Origin: Nannocystis bainbridge
GTDB lineage: Bacteria; Myxococcota_A; Polyangia; Nannocystales; Nannocystaceae
Assembly (NCBI RefSeq): GCF_028368995.1
Contig: NZ_JAQNDL010000002.1
Span: 1,888,001 to 1,952,000, forward strand
DNA: 64,000 bases
Direction of reading: 5' to 3'
In this document: one piece after another, positions 50,755 through 59,677 of the stretch
Position numbering within the stretch: the stretch's first letter is position 1
Layout of the letters: each line of letters starts with the position of its first letter
The notes under the pieces: model-generated
What the model was told of the DNA's origin: nothing
Database searches by the model: none
What the model saw: only the letters and a program-made list of their open reading frames with translations
Made by a program: the position numbers and the translations under genes

Positions 50755-51167
50755 ACCTGTCTCTCGGACCAGAAGGTCCACGCACCAAGAATCTGTCCCT
50801 CGGGCCAGGTCCCATCGGAGCGGGTCTCTCGGTTGGATACCGACTGACCTGCCCCGCGAGTCAGAACGTCCCACGCCGACGACCTGGCCCTCGGGACAGC
50901 CCCGGGCGTACCGCCCACTGTCCGGCCCGCAACCTATCCCTCTGGCCAGGCTCGCCCGAACTCACCTGTCCCGCGGGCCAGCCTCACCCGCGAGCTCGCC
51001 CTCCTCTGTCCCTCTATCCCTCGGGCCAGACTCACCCGCGAGCTCTACCTCACCTGTCCCTCGGGCCAGCCTCGCCCGAAATCACCTGTCCCTCGGGCCA
51101 GCCTCGCCCGCGAGCTCGACCTCCCCAGTCCCCTCGGGCCAGCCTCGCCCGTGAGCTCGACCTCCCC
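50755..51167. repeat. Spaced array of about ten ACCTGTCC-CTCG-GGCCAG units
   Basis: Cores at 50758, 50794, 50850, 50885, 50935, 50967, 51015, 51055, 51087, 51128; later copies are followed by cctcgcccg(cgagctc). Confidence 0.85.
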
Positions 51168-51270
51168 GTCTCGCGCACCGGCGCCCGGACGCCTCGCGCC
51201 CCTCTCCAGGATCGCCTCACGCGCATTCGCAGACCCAGACCGCTTCGCTGAAACTCGCTTGGCGCGCCGG

Positions 51271-51299
51271 GCATCATAGTGATATCATCACGACATCAA
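51271..51299 (+). promoter_or_regulatory. Putative operator of the SPFH/Arc operon
   Basis: AT-rich island gcatcatagTGATATCAtcacgacatca; palindrome TGATATCA at 51280-51287; ATCA recurs every 11 bp. Confidence 0.5.
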
Positions 51300-51312
51300 T
51301 CCGGAGCCCCGC

Positions 51313-52185
51313 ATGACCTCGATCCAGCAGAAGCGCGCTTTTTCGCTCAATGGTTTCATCGCTCTCTTCGTCTGGCTGGCCCTCGCCGCGTACGGCGCCA
51401 GCATGGTCGTCGATATCGCTCAGACCCAGGATGCCGACCGCGTGTGGCAGCCGATCGTCCTCGGCCTGGCCCTCCTGCTCGCGCTCGGCGGCTTCTTCGT
51501 CAACCAGCCCAACGAGGCGCGGGTCCTGGTCTTCTTCGGCCGCTACGTCGGCACCGTCGCCAGCGCTGGTTATCACTTCGCCAACCCGTTCGCCGCCAAG
51601 CACCCGGTCAGCTTGCGCGTCCACAACTTCAACAGCGAGAAGCTCAAGGTCAACGACGCCCGCGGCAACCCGATCGAGATCGCCGCCGTCATCGTCTGGC
51701 GCGTCACTGACAGCGCCAAGGCCTTGCTCGAGGTCGAGAACTACCGCGGCTTCGTCGCCATCCAGAGCGAGACCGCCATCCGCGCCGTCGCCACGCGCTT
51801 CCCCTACGACTCGCACGACGGCGAGGTCGCCCTGCGCAGCCACCAGGACGAGCTCAACGCCGGTCTGCAGCAGGAGGTCCAGGCCCGCCTCGACGTCGCC
51901 GGCCTCGAGGTCGTCGACTGCCGCCTCTCGCACCTCGCCTACGCCCCCGAGATCGCCCAGGCCATGCTGCGCCGCCAGCAGGCCGAGGCCGTCGTCGCCG
52001 CCCGCCGGCAGATCGTCGAGGGCGCCATCAGCATGGTCGAGATGAGCCTCCGCCGCCTCGACGAGCACGGCATCGTCCGCCTCGACGAGGAGCGCAAGGC
52101 CTCGATGGTCAACAACCTCCTGGTCGCCCTCGTCGCCGACCGCGAGGCCCAGCCGGTGATCAACACCGGCAGCCTCTACTCGTGA
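51313..52185 (+). CDS. SPFH/band 7 domain membrane protein
   Basis: [60 protein letters not shown]. Confidence 0.92.
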   Translation: MTSIQQKRAFSLNGFIALFVWLALAAYGASMVVDIAQTQDADRVWQPIVLGLALLLALGGFFVNQPNEARVLVFFGRYVGTVASAGYHFANPFAAKHPVSLRVHNFNSEKLKVNDARGNPIEIAAVIVWRVTDSAKALLEVENYRGFVAIQSETAIRAVATRFPYDSHDGEVALRSHQDELNAGLQQEVQARLDVAGLEVVDCRLSHLAYAPEIAQAMLRRQQAEAVVAARRQIVEGAISMVEMSLRRLDEHGIVRLDEERKASMVNNLLVALVADREAQPVINTGSLYS

Positions 52186-52385
52186 GCCTCCCCATGGTCG
52201 AGAAGAAGCGCTTCCTGCTGCGGATCGACCCGGAGCTCCACGCCGCCCTCGAGCGCTGGGCGGCCGACGACCTGCGCAGCATCAACGGCCAGATCGAGTT
52301 CGTCCTCAAGGAGGCGCTGCGCGCCGGCGGCCGCTTCAAGGACCGCCCGGCCGACCCCTACCGCGCCAGCGTGGACGACGACTGA
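52182..52385 (+). CDS. Arc-family ribbon-helix-helix DNA-binding protein
   Basis: KKRFLLRIDPELHAALERWAADDLRSINGQIEFVL; GTGA overlap with the SPFH gene. Confidence 0.88.
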   Translation: MSLPMVEKKRFLLRIDPELHAALERWAADDLRSINGQIEFVLKEALRAGGRFKDRPADPYRASVDDD

Positions 52386-52412
52386 CGCACCGCCGGACCG
52401 CCGCGCGTGGCA

Positions 52413-52474
52413 TGTCCCGAAAGACATGTCACTGCGCGCGCGGTCTGGTCTGACCTGTCCTTTCGCGCATGTCT
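52413..52474. repeat. Array of about four 14-bp units at a convergent junction
   Basis: tgtcc cgaa agaca|tgtca ctgc gcgcg ... ggtct ggtc tgacc|tgtcc tttc gcgca|tgtct. Confidence 0.75.
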
Positions 52475-52520
52475 CCTCGCGCTCCTGCGAGCGCGACGCG
52501 CGGGGGCTGAGCGGCGCGCT

Positions 52521-53441
52521 CTACTTTCGCCCTTTGACCCCGGGATCGTCCCCCAGCGGCCCCGAGCGGACCTCGACCGGCCCGATCCCCGCGCCTTCCA
52601 GCACCGTCCCCGGCGCCGCCGCGCTGCGGTGCACGATCGCCAGCCCGCTCGCCCCCCCGCTCGGGTCGGGCGCCCAGGTGTCCGCGCGCCCGGCCTGCGG
52701 GCGCTCGGGCGCCGCCAGCTCCACCGGTCCTTCCGGACATGTCCCGGCGTGCACCCGCACCAGCACCCGGTTGACCTGCCCGCGCGCGTGGATGCGCGCC
52801 AGCGGCTCCTGACCCATGAAGCAGCCCTTGTCGTAGCTCACCGCCGCGACGAAGCCGACTTCGGGCGGGAACGTCCCCGCCGTGATCTCCCGGCCCCACG
52901 CCGGCGCCGCCGCCTCGATGCGCCGCGCGTCCCACGTGGTCGAGTTCGCCTCGGTCGCGTTCGCCAGCGCCGCCGCGACCGCCGCCGGCGCGCCGAACAC
53001 CAGCCAGCCCGGGCCCGGGTAGAGCGTCTCCAGACACTCGATGCCGGCGCCCGCGATCGGCTCCGGCCAGATCATTGCGAACTCGACATCATCGGCGCGC
53101 TCGAGCGCGACGTCGTCCATGATGATGTGGCGATCCAGCAGCGCGATCGCCTCGTCGGCGGCCTCCGCCGGCAGCGCCAGGTGCAGCGCACCATCGGCGC
53201 ACGCCAGCACGATCGCCTCGGTGACCAGCTTGCCCTTCACCGTCAAGATCGCGGCCGGCAGCGCGTAACCCGGGCGAGCCGCCTCGACGTCGGCCGACAG
53301 GATCCCCTGGAGGAAGCGGCGCACATCGGATCCCGACAGGCGTAGCAAAATGCGACGCCCGTGCGGCAGCGCGGCGAGGCGGACATATGTCAGGCCCTGC
53401 GGGCCCGCGGACGACTGGAGCGGAGTCACGGCGGAAACCAT
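52521..53441 (-). CDS. ygfZ: YgfZ/GcvT-like folate-binding protein
   Basis: LSGSDVRRFLQG, LTVKGKL, AVSYDKGCFMGQE. Confidence 0.88.
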   Translation of the reverse strand: MVSAVTPLQSSAGPQGLTYVRLAALPHGRRILLRLSGSDVRRFLQGILSADVEAARPGYALPAAILTVKGKLVTEAIVLACADGALHLALPAEAADEAIALLDRHIIMDDVALERADDVEFAMIWPEPIAGAGIECLETLYPGPGWLVFGAPAAVAAALANATEANSTTWDARRIEAAAPAWGREITAGTFPPEVGFVAAVSYDKGCFMGQEPLARIHARGQVNRVLVRVHAGTCPEGPVELAAPERPQAGRADTWAPDPSGGASGLAIVHRSAAAPGTVLEGAGIGPVEVRSGPLGDDPGVKGRK

Positions 53442-53548
53442 GGCAATTCACCCCCGTCCCGCGCAAGCGCGAGCACACCGCGGCGAACGCACCCCGCGTT
53501 CGCGCCGTGCCCCTTGATCGCCCCGTGGCCCCCCTTTAAAAGAGTCCC

Positions 53549-55315
53549 GTGCCGCGGCCGAGCGCAGCAGGGTTTTTACGCACGCTTGTGAGCGTCCTCG
53601 TCGCGCTGGCGGTCGCGCAGCCCGTCGCCGCCGCTCCTCCCCCTGCTGCGCGCACGCCCGCTGCCCTGGCGCCCGCGCCTGTCCCTTCGACCACGTCCCA
53701 ACAGACAGGTGCGAAGGGCCAGCCAGAGTCGGAGCCTGCCTCTTCGGCCATGTCCCCAAGGACAGAGCCGAAGAGCCCGCCGCCGCCCTCGCCCGAGCAG
53801 CCGTTCAACCTCCCGGTCGCCGTGCGCACCGACGCCTACGGCCCGCGCCCGTCCGGCCTGCCCGAGCTGACGCGCGAGCAGATCGTCGCCTACGGCCTGC
53901 AGAACCCGCTGGTGAAGGCCGCCGACGCGCAGATCGAGCAGATGGAGGCCACGCTCCAGCGGGCCAAGTTCTCGTGGGTCCCGGTCATCAGGACCACCAC
54001 CGCGCTCGCGCCCGGCGTCTACACCCGCTGCGAAGACGTCCAGCTACAGACGACCGGCGGCGCCGACCCGGTTGACTTCCAGTACTGCCGCCCGGCCGGC
54101 CGAAACGGCGCCTCCGACATCGTCGACGTCGACACCATCAGCGGCTACTTCCGCCAGCTCAAGGAAGCGGGCATCGCTGTCCGCTTCGGCGCCGACTTCA
54201 TCATCCCGGTGTTCACCTCCGGCAAGATCAAGCACGGCAAGGAGATGGCGGCCGCCGGCGTCGCCCTGGCCCGGCTCGCCAAGGAGCGCGCGCGTCAAGA
54301 GACGGTCCTCCGCGTGTATCAGGCCCACACCGCGCTGCTGCTCGCGCGCGAGAGCCTCGCCATCCTCGACGAGGCGTGGAAGGTCGTGCAGGAGGCCAAG
54401 GGGCAGATCCTCGTCGACCTCGGCGAGGACGAGGACGCCGATCCCGACGAGAGCAACCCCGACCGCGACCCCGCCGACCTGCCGCGCGTCGAGCTCGGCG
54501 AGCTGACCCTGATGGAGCGCGCGCTCGAGGCCCGCAAGATCGAGTCGGTCGCGCTCGCCACGCTGTGGACGATCGCCGGCGAGGCCGCGCCGGTCGGCTT
54601 CGACATCGCCGAGCGCTCGCTCGTCACCGACGGCGTCGACGGCGGCCTGCGCGAGCTGCCGCATTACCGCGATCTCGGCGCGCAGCAGCGGCCCGAGGCG
54701 AAGATGGCCGCCGGCCTGGTCGAGCTGCGCAAGGCCGGCGAAAAGTTCGCGCGCTCGCAGTTCTTGCCGGACTTCGGCGTCGCGGTGTCGGTTCAGATCT
54801 CGTACATGAACCAGGCCGACCGCGACATGAAGGCGCTCTACTACTTCGACCGGTACAACTACAACCGCGTCATCTTCGCCTTCGCGATGAACTGGAACCT
54901 CGACTTCCACAACAGCTACTTCGGCCTCAAGAAGGCGCGCGCCGAGCGACGTGAGGCAGAGCACCAGCGGGAGGCCGCGCGCTACCTGCTCGCGCTCGAG
55001 GTCGAGAAGGCCTACCGCGACCTGCAGCACGCCGGTCGATCGGTCAAACTGACCGAGCAAGCCACCCGCAAGGCCAAGCAACTGGTCGTCGACCAGCAGG
55101 TCAAGCAGACCGTCGGCGGCGGCAACTTCGTCGAGCTCGAGCGGGCCTTGACCCGCTGGGCCGAGTGGCGCTTCAAGCAATTCGAGGCCATTCACGCCCA
55201 CAACGTCGCCCTCGCGGCCCTCTCGCGCGCGGTCGGCTCCTCCCTGGGGGTCGCCCCCAAGGCTACGGCGGCCGCCGCGCCCCCGAACGCCATTTCCGTG
55301 ACCTCAAGCCCTTGA
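53549..55315 (+). CDS. TolC/outer membrane efflux family protein
   Basis: Signal peptide, Pro-rich linker, LTREQIVAYGLQNP, PVFTSGKI, QRPE, FLPDFG, EVEKAY; two-repeat OEP architecture. Confidence 0.82.
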   Translation: MPRPSAAGFLRTLVSVLVALAVAQPVAAAPPPAARTPAALAPAPVPSTTSQQTGAKGQPESEPASSAMSPRTEPKSPPPPSPEQPFNLPVAVRTDAYGPRPSGLPELTREQIVAYGLQNPLVKAADAQIEQMEATLQRAKFSWVPVIRTTTALAPGVYTRCEDVQLQTTGGADPVDFQYCRPAGRNGASDIVDVDTISGYFRQLKEAGIAVRFGADFIIPVFTSGKIKHGKEMAAAGVALARLAKERARQETVLRVYQAHTALLLARESLAILDEAWKVVQEAKGQILVDLGEDEDADPDESNPDRDPADLPRVELGELTLMERALEARKIESVALATLWTIAGEAAPVGFDIAERSLVTDGVDGGLRELPHYRDLGAQQRPEAKMAAGLVELRKAGEKFARSQFLPDFGVAVSVQISYMNQADRDMKALYYFDRYNYNRVIFAFAMNWNLDFHNSYFGLKKARAERREAEHQREAARYLLALEVEKAYRDLQHAGRSVKLTEQATRKAKQLVVDQQVKQTVGGGNFVELERALTRWAEWRFKQFEAIHAHNVALAALSRAVGSSLGVAPKATAAAAPPNAISVTSSP

Positions 55316-55384
55316 AACTGGCTCGTAACCGGCTGAATGTCGCACTCCGGGTCGCCGTCCGAGCGCCCACCTCCGAGGCCGAAA

Positions 55385-56020
55385 ATGCCCAATTCCGCTC
55401 GTAGTCTCATCGCCGGGTTCGCGCTCTCCTTCGTCTCCGCCGTCGCCTTCCTCGGGCACGCGCCCGCCGCTGCCGCGGCGACCCCCACGGTCACCCCGTC
55501 CGCCGTGTTCAAGGAGCGCCACAGCAAGGTCCTCGAGCTGGTGAAGAAGCGCGCCGACCCCGAGACCCTCGCCAAGGAAGTCGACCAACTGCTCGACTAC
55601 AAGGCCCTCGCGGAGGCCTCGCTCGGCGGCCCGGCGCGCTACGCCAACAAGTGCGCCCCGCGCTGCGCCGAGTTCGAGGCGCTGCTGACCAAGCTGATCC
55701 GCGAGAACTACCTCAAGCGGCTGCGCAGCGACAAGAAGTACGAGCTGACGATCGTCGGCGAAGAGGCCAAGGTCGGCGGTGACATGCGGGTCATCACCAA
55801 CATCGCCCTGACCCGCGACGGCAAGGCCGAGGTCGTCGAGGTCGTCTACGTGATGCACGCCGTGGGCGACACCTGGAAGGTCGAAGACATCATCACCGAC
55901 GGTGTCAGCCTGGCCAAGAACTACAAGTTCGAGTTCAACAAGATCATCCGCGACAAGGGCGTCGACGAGCTGATCTTGCGCCTCGACAACAAGCTGGTCG
56001 AGCTGGCCAAGAAGAACTGA
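55385..56020 (+). CDS. MlaC/Ttg2D-family periplasmic lipid-binding protein
   Basis: Signal peptide; LDYKALAEASLG; WKVEDIITDGVSLAKNYKFEFNKII. Confidence 0.85.
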   Translation: MPNSARSLIAGFALSFVSAVAFLGHAPAAAAATPTVTPSAVFKERHSKVLELVKKRADPETLAKEVDQLLDYKALAEASLGGPARYANKCAPRCAEFEALLTKLIRENYLKRLRSDKKYELTIVGEEAKVGGDMRVITNIALTRDGKAEVVEVVYVMHAVGDTWKVEDIITDGVSLAKNYKFEFNKIIRDKGVDELILRLDNKLVELAKKN

Positions 56021-56082
56021 GCCGCACGCCGGTCGCCCGCTGTCCGCGGGCGCCCGGGTCCGTCTGTGTTAGCCTGGAAGTC

Positions 56083-57969
56083 GTGCCCCGCGCCGCCTTC
56101 ACGTCCGGACCGAGGCGCCCCAGCCTGACGCTGGCGGCGCCTCTCCTCGTCGCGGCGCTGACCGCCTGTCCGCAGGACGAGATCGTCATCGTCGGCGAGT
56201 TCGGTCGCCCGCTCGCGCTCGGCAGCGGCGACGCGTCTCCGCTGCCGCGCCTCGTCTACCGCCCCGATGGTTGCCCCGGCGAGGCCGCGGCCGGCGGCTG
56301 CAGCTCGGTCTGCACCACCGCGCCCGAGAGCTGCCCGCCCGACGCCTGCTTCCCGCTCGTCATCGACAGCGGCAGCCCGATCACCACCCTCGTCGGCGAG
56401 GGCGAACCGGTCGCGGTGCGCAGCTGCTTCGAGGTCCGCACCGGCGAGGACGCGCTCGCCGAGGCCCCGATCGAAGGCGCGGCCGACGACGCGATCGCCC
56501 GCTTCCGCTTCGACTCGACCCCTTTCATCCGCCTGCCGTGGGCCACAGACGACGTCTCGTGGGGCTGGCAGGTCGGCGACGCCAGCGCCGCGCCGTTCGT
56601 CGGCGGCGTGCTCGGCGGCAACGTCCTGCGCCAGATGGCCGTGCGCTTCACCGACGCGCGCGGCAGCGACGGCCCGCAGATCACCTTCTACCGCGAGTTC
56701 CCCGGCGTCGAGAGCGTGCTCGCCGATCAGGGCATCGCCGCCCTCCCGCTGCAGTTCCCCGGCCTCCTGCTCGGCAAGCTGATCGACGACGTGTGCCAGC
56801 AACCCGACGGCGAGGACTGCGACCTCACCAGCTTCGGCGTGTTCGATCGCAACCGCCCCGAGAGCGCCCTGCAGTCGACCCGCATGGTCCTCGACGCCTG
56901 CCTCGGCACCCCGCCGGCCGCCGTCGTCTACAACGCCGGCAGCAACAGCTGTGAGCTGGCCTCGGGGCCAGGTAAGCCCGGCAGCTATCGCTCGCCCACC
57001 GGCGTCGCGCGGGCCGACCTCCGCTCCGGCTGCGACCTGCAGGACGTCGCGGCGAGCTCCGGCGACATCGATCACGGCCACGACGCCTCGGTCCTGATCG
57101 CCACCGGCCTGCCTGGCCTGGTGCTGTTCGAGGACAGCGCCCAGCGCATGTTCGGCGGCCTCGATCTGCCGCCGTGCGTCGGCGACGGCGGCCTCTCGAG
57201 CGGCAGCAAGCGCGACACGCCCGCCTGTATCATGGGTCGGACGGGCCTCCTGCGCGCCCCGGGCTGGCCGCCCGCAGGCACCGCCGAGCAGCCGTTGCTC
57301 GAGCTGCGCGTTCGCAGCCTCGCCCTCGTCCCTGGTCTGACGCAGACCACCGGCCAGACCGCCTGCCAGCGGCTCGAAGTGCGCCTCCGGGCCCTGCGCT
57401 CGCAGTGCAACATCGCCGCCCGCGAGAAGGTCCCGCGCAGCGCGGCCAACGGCTGTCGCGCCGCCACCGATCGCCTGACCCCGAGCTCGGCCGGCTTCAC
57501 CTCCGCCGCCGTGGTCGGCCAGGCCTTCGTCGCCAGCGACAGCCGCGTCGATCCCAGCCGGTGGATCCCGACCGTCATCGTCCCCGCCGATCACCCGCTC
57601 GTCAGCGCCGTCCGCCGCGACACCAGCCCCGAGGCGCTCCAGCTCGACGGCCTGGTCGGCACCGCCCTCCTGAGCGGCACCGACGTCGTGCTCGACTACA
57701 CGGACCCGACCCCGAGCGTGCGCGTCGCCTGCAACGACCCCGACGACGGCAGCTGTCTGGCCTTGCCCGCCTGCGTCCCGCGCGAGGATCCGCGGGCGGT
57801 CGTGCCCGCCTGCTGCTACGGCCTGCCGGAGGATCTGCTGGTCAGCCTGATCCGCGACCACAGCGCCTACGGCTGCTGCGAGGCGCTCTCGCCGGCCACC
57901 ATCGACGAGCTGAACAACGCCGAGGCGATCGCCGGGCGCGAGCTTCCCTGCCCCGTGCGCGGCCGCTAG
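56083..57969 (+). CDS. Cys-rich lipoprotein with aspartyl-protease-like motifs
   Basis: Lipobox AALTAC; LVIDSGS...GGVLGG; VLIATGL...DGLVG; many Cys. Confidence 0.7.
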   Translation: MPRAAFTSGPRRPSLTLAAPLLVAALTACPQDEIVIVGEFGRPLALGSGDASPLPRLVYRPDGCPGEAAAGGCSSVCTTAPESCPPDACFPLVIDSGSPITTLVGEGEPVAVRSCFEVRTGEDALAEAPIEGAADDAIARFRFDSTPFIRLPWATDDVSWGWQVGDASAAPFVGGVLGGNVLRQMAVRFTDARGSDGPQITFYREFPGVESVLADQGIAALPLQFPGLLLGKLIDDVCQQPDGEDCDLTSFGVFDRNRPESALQSTRMVLDACLGTPPAAVVYNAGSNSCELASGPGKPGSYRSPTGVARADLRSGCDLQDVAASSGDIDHGHDASVLIATGLPGLVLFEDSAQRMFGGLDLPPCVGDGGLSSGSKRDTPACIMGRTGLLRAPGWPPAGTAEQPLLELRVRSLALVPGLTQTTGQTACQRLEVRLRALRSQCNIAAREKVPRSAANGCRAATDRLTPSSAGFTSAAVVGQAFVASDSRVDPSRWIPTVIVPADHPLVSAVRRDTSPEALQLDGLVGTALLSGTDVVLDYTDPTPSVRVACNDPDDGSCLALPACVPREDPRAVVPACCYGLPEDLLVSLIRDHSAYGCCEALSPATIDELNNAEAIAGRELPCPVRGR

Positions 57970-58090
57970 GAGAGGCTCGGCGCCGTTCCACAACGCGCGT
58001 TGGCGCGTGACCGCACGCTCGCCGCGGCGCGCGCCCGAGCGCGGCACGCGGCGTCGCGCTGCGTCACGTCGTATGGTTCAGGTCGCCACC

Positions 58091-59371
58091 ATGTCTCCGA
58101 CCGACGCGTTCGACGCTGCCACCCTCAGCACCTACGCCTGGGCATTCGGCCAGGGCGTCCTCGTCGACCTCACGCCCTGCGTCTATCCGCTGATCCCGAT
58201 CACAGTCGCCGTGTTCGGGGCCAAGGGCGTGTCACGCGGACGGGCGCTGTTCCTCGCCGCTTCCTACGTGCTCGGCATGGCCGCGCTCTACACCACGCTC
58301 GGCGTGGTCGTCGCGCTGTCCGGCGGCCAGTTCGGCGCCTGGCTCGGCGAGCCGGTGGTGGTGCTGCCGATCGTCGGCGTGCTGCTGGCGCTCGCGGCCA
58401 GCATGTTCGGCGCCTTCGACCTGCAGCTGCCGGCCGCGGTGCAGACCCGCCTCAACGCCGTCGGCGGCACCGGCCCGGTCGGCGCCTTCCTCATGGGCCT
58501 CGTCAGCGGCTTCATCTCCGCGCCGTGCACCGGCCCGGTGCTGCTGTCGCTGCTCGCCGTCATCGCCAAGGGCGCCGCCGAGGGCGACAGCCTGGCCTAC
58601 GGCGCCTCGCTGCTGTTCACCTACGCGCTCGGCATGGGCACCCTGTTCTTCGCCGTGGCCCTCGGCGCCAGCCTGTTCCGCCCCGGCCGGTGGATGGAGT
58701 ACGTCAAGAGCGTCTTCGGCGTGGCCCTGCTGGTGATGTCGCTGTGGTTCCTCGCCCCGCTCAGCCCCGAGCTGCGCCGCTTCCTCGCCGACCCGGTCTG
58801 GGGCGTGTGGCTCGGCCTGGGCATGGCCCTGCTCGGCCTGGCCGCCGGCGCCATCCACCTCAGCTTCTACGGCGAGCTCGGCGAGAAGCTGCGCAAGGCC
58901 GCCGCCGTCGCCGTCGCCGTCGTCGGCATCCAGGTGCTGATCAACAACACGGTCTACGTCCCGTCCGGCTCGTGGAAAGAGGTCCACACGATCGCCGAGC
59001 TCGAGGAGGCGCTCACGCGCGCCCAGGACCGCAACCTCCCGGTCGTCATCGACTTCGGCGCCACCTGGTGCGCGCCCTGCCTCGAGATGGAGAAGCTCAC
59101 CTTCCATCACGAGGAGATCGAGCCGGTGCTCGAGCGCCGCTTCGAGCTGATCAAGATCGACGTCACGCAGGAGACGCCGGAGAAGCAGACCATCAAGCGC
59201 GCGTTCGCCAGCGAGACCCTGCCGAGCGTGCTGGTGTTCCCGTCGACGGTCCGCTTCAGCGAGCACTTCGGCGCCCTGCGCAGCGGCGACGCCATGCCCG
59301 AGCCGACCCACCACCTCCACAAGTACACCCCGGCCGACCAGTTCGCCCCGCTGATCGCCGACGTGCAGTGA
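58091..59371 (+). CDS. DsbD/CcdA transmembrane domain fused to thioredoxin
   Basis: LTPCVYPLIP, SAPCTGP, WMEYVK, IDFGATWCAPC. Confidence 0.92.
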   Translation: MSPTDAFDAATLSTYAWAFGQGVLVDLTPCVYPLIPITVAVFGAKGVSRGRALFLAASYVLGMAALYTTLGVVVALSGGQFGAWLGEPVVVLPIVGVLLALAASMFGAFDLQLPAAVQTRLNAVGGTGPVGAFLMGLVSGFISAPCTGPVLLSLLAVIAKGAAEGDSLAYGASLLFTYALGMGTLFFAVALGASLFRPGRWMEYVKSVFGVALLVMSLWFLAPLSPELRRFLADPVWGVWLGLGMALLGLAAGAIHLSFYGELGEKLRKAAAVAVAVVGIQVLINNTVYVPSGSWKEVHTIAELEEALTRAQDRNLPVVIDFGATWCAPCLEMEKLTFHHEEIEPVLERRFELIKIDVTQETPEKQTIKRAFASETLPSVLVFPSTVRFSEHFGALRSGDAMPEPTHHLHKYTPADQFAPLIADVQ

Positions 59372-59373
59372 GC

Positions 59374-59570
59374 TGACTGCAGGGACATGTCCCGCGGGCC
59401 ATGTCTCCTGCGCCACGGCTCATCCCCGGCTCGCAGCGCCGCCCTCGACGCGGGCAGCCGGGGTAGCGCTACGCTGACGCCTGCCCACCAGGACATGCCA
59501 CAAAGGACATGTCCATGACGACATGTCCTCGAGCGCATGCCCACAAGCGCATGCCGCAAAGGACATGTCC
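59374..59570. repeat. Two arrays (3 and 6+ units) of the 14-bp palindrome at a convergent junction
   Basis: 59374-59415: tgact gcag ggaca|tgtcc cgcg ggcca|tgtct cctg cgcca. 59482-59570: tgccc acca ggaca|tgcca caaa ggaca|tgtcc atga cgaca|tgtcc tcga gcgca|tgccc acaa gcgca|tgccg caaa ggaca|tgtcc. Confidence 0.9.
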
Positions 59571-59677
59571 TCATCTTTGCCAGCGCCCGCCCCCGCGCAG
59601 CACGCCCCCGCGTGCCCCGCGTCAGTGTTCGGCCTGGTCGCGCTGACCCGGCTGCCGCTGGCGCCCCGTGCCCCGCG

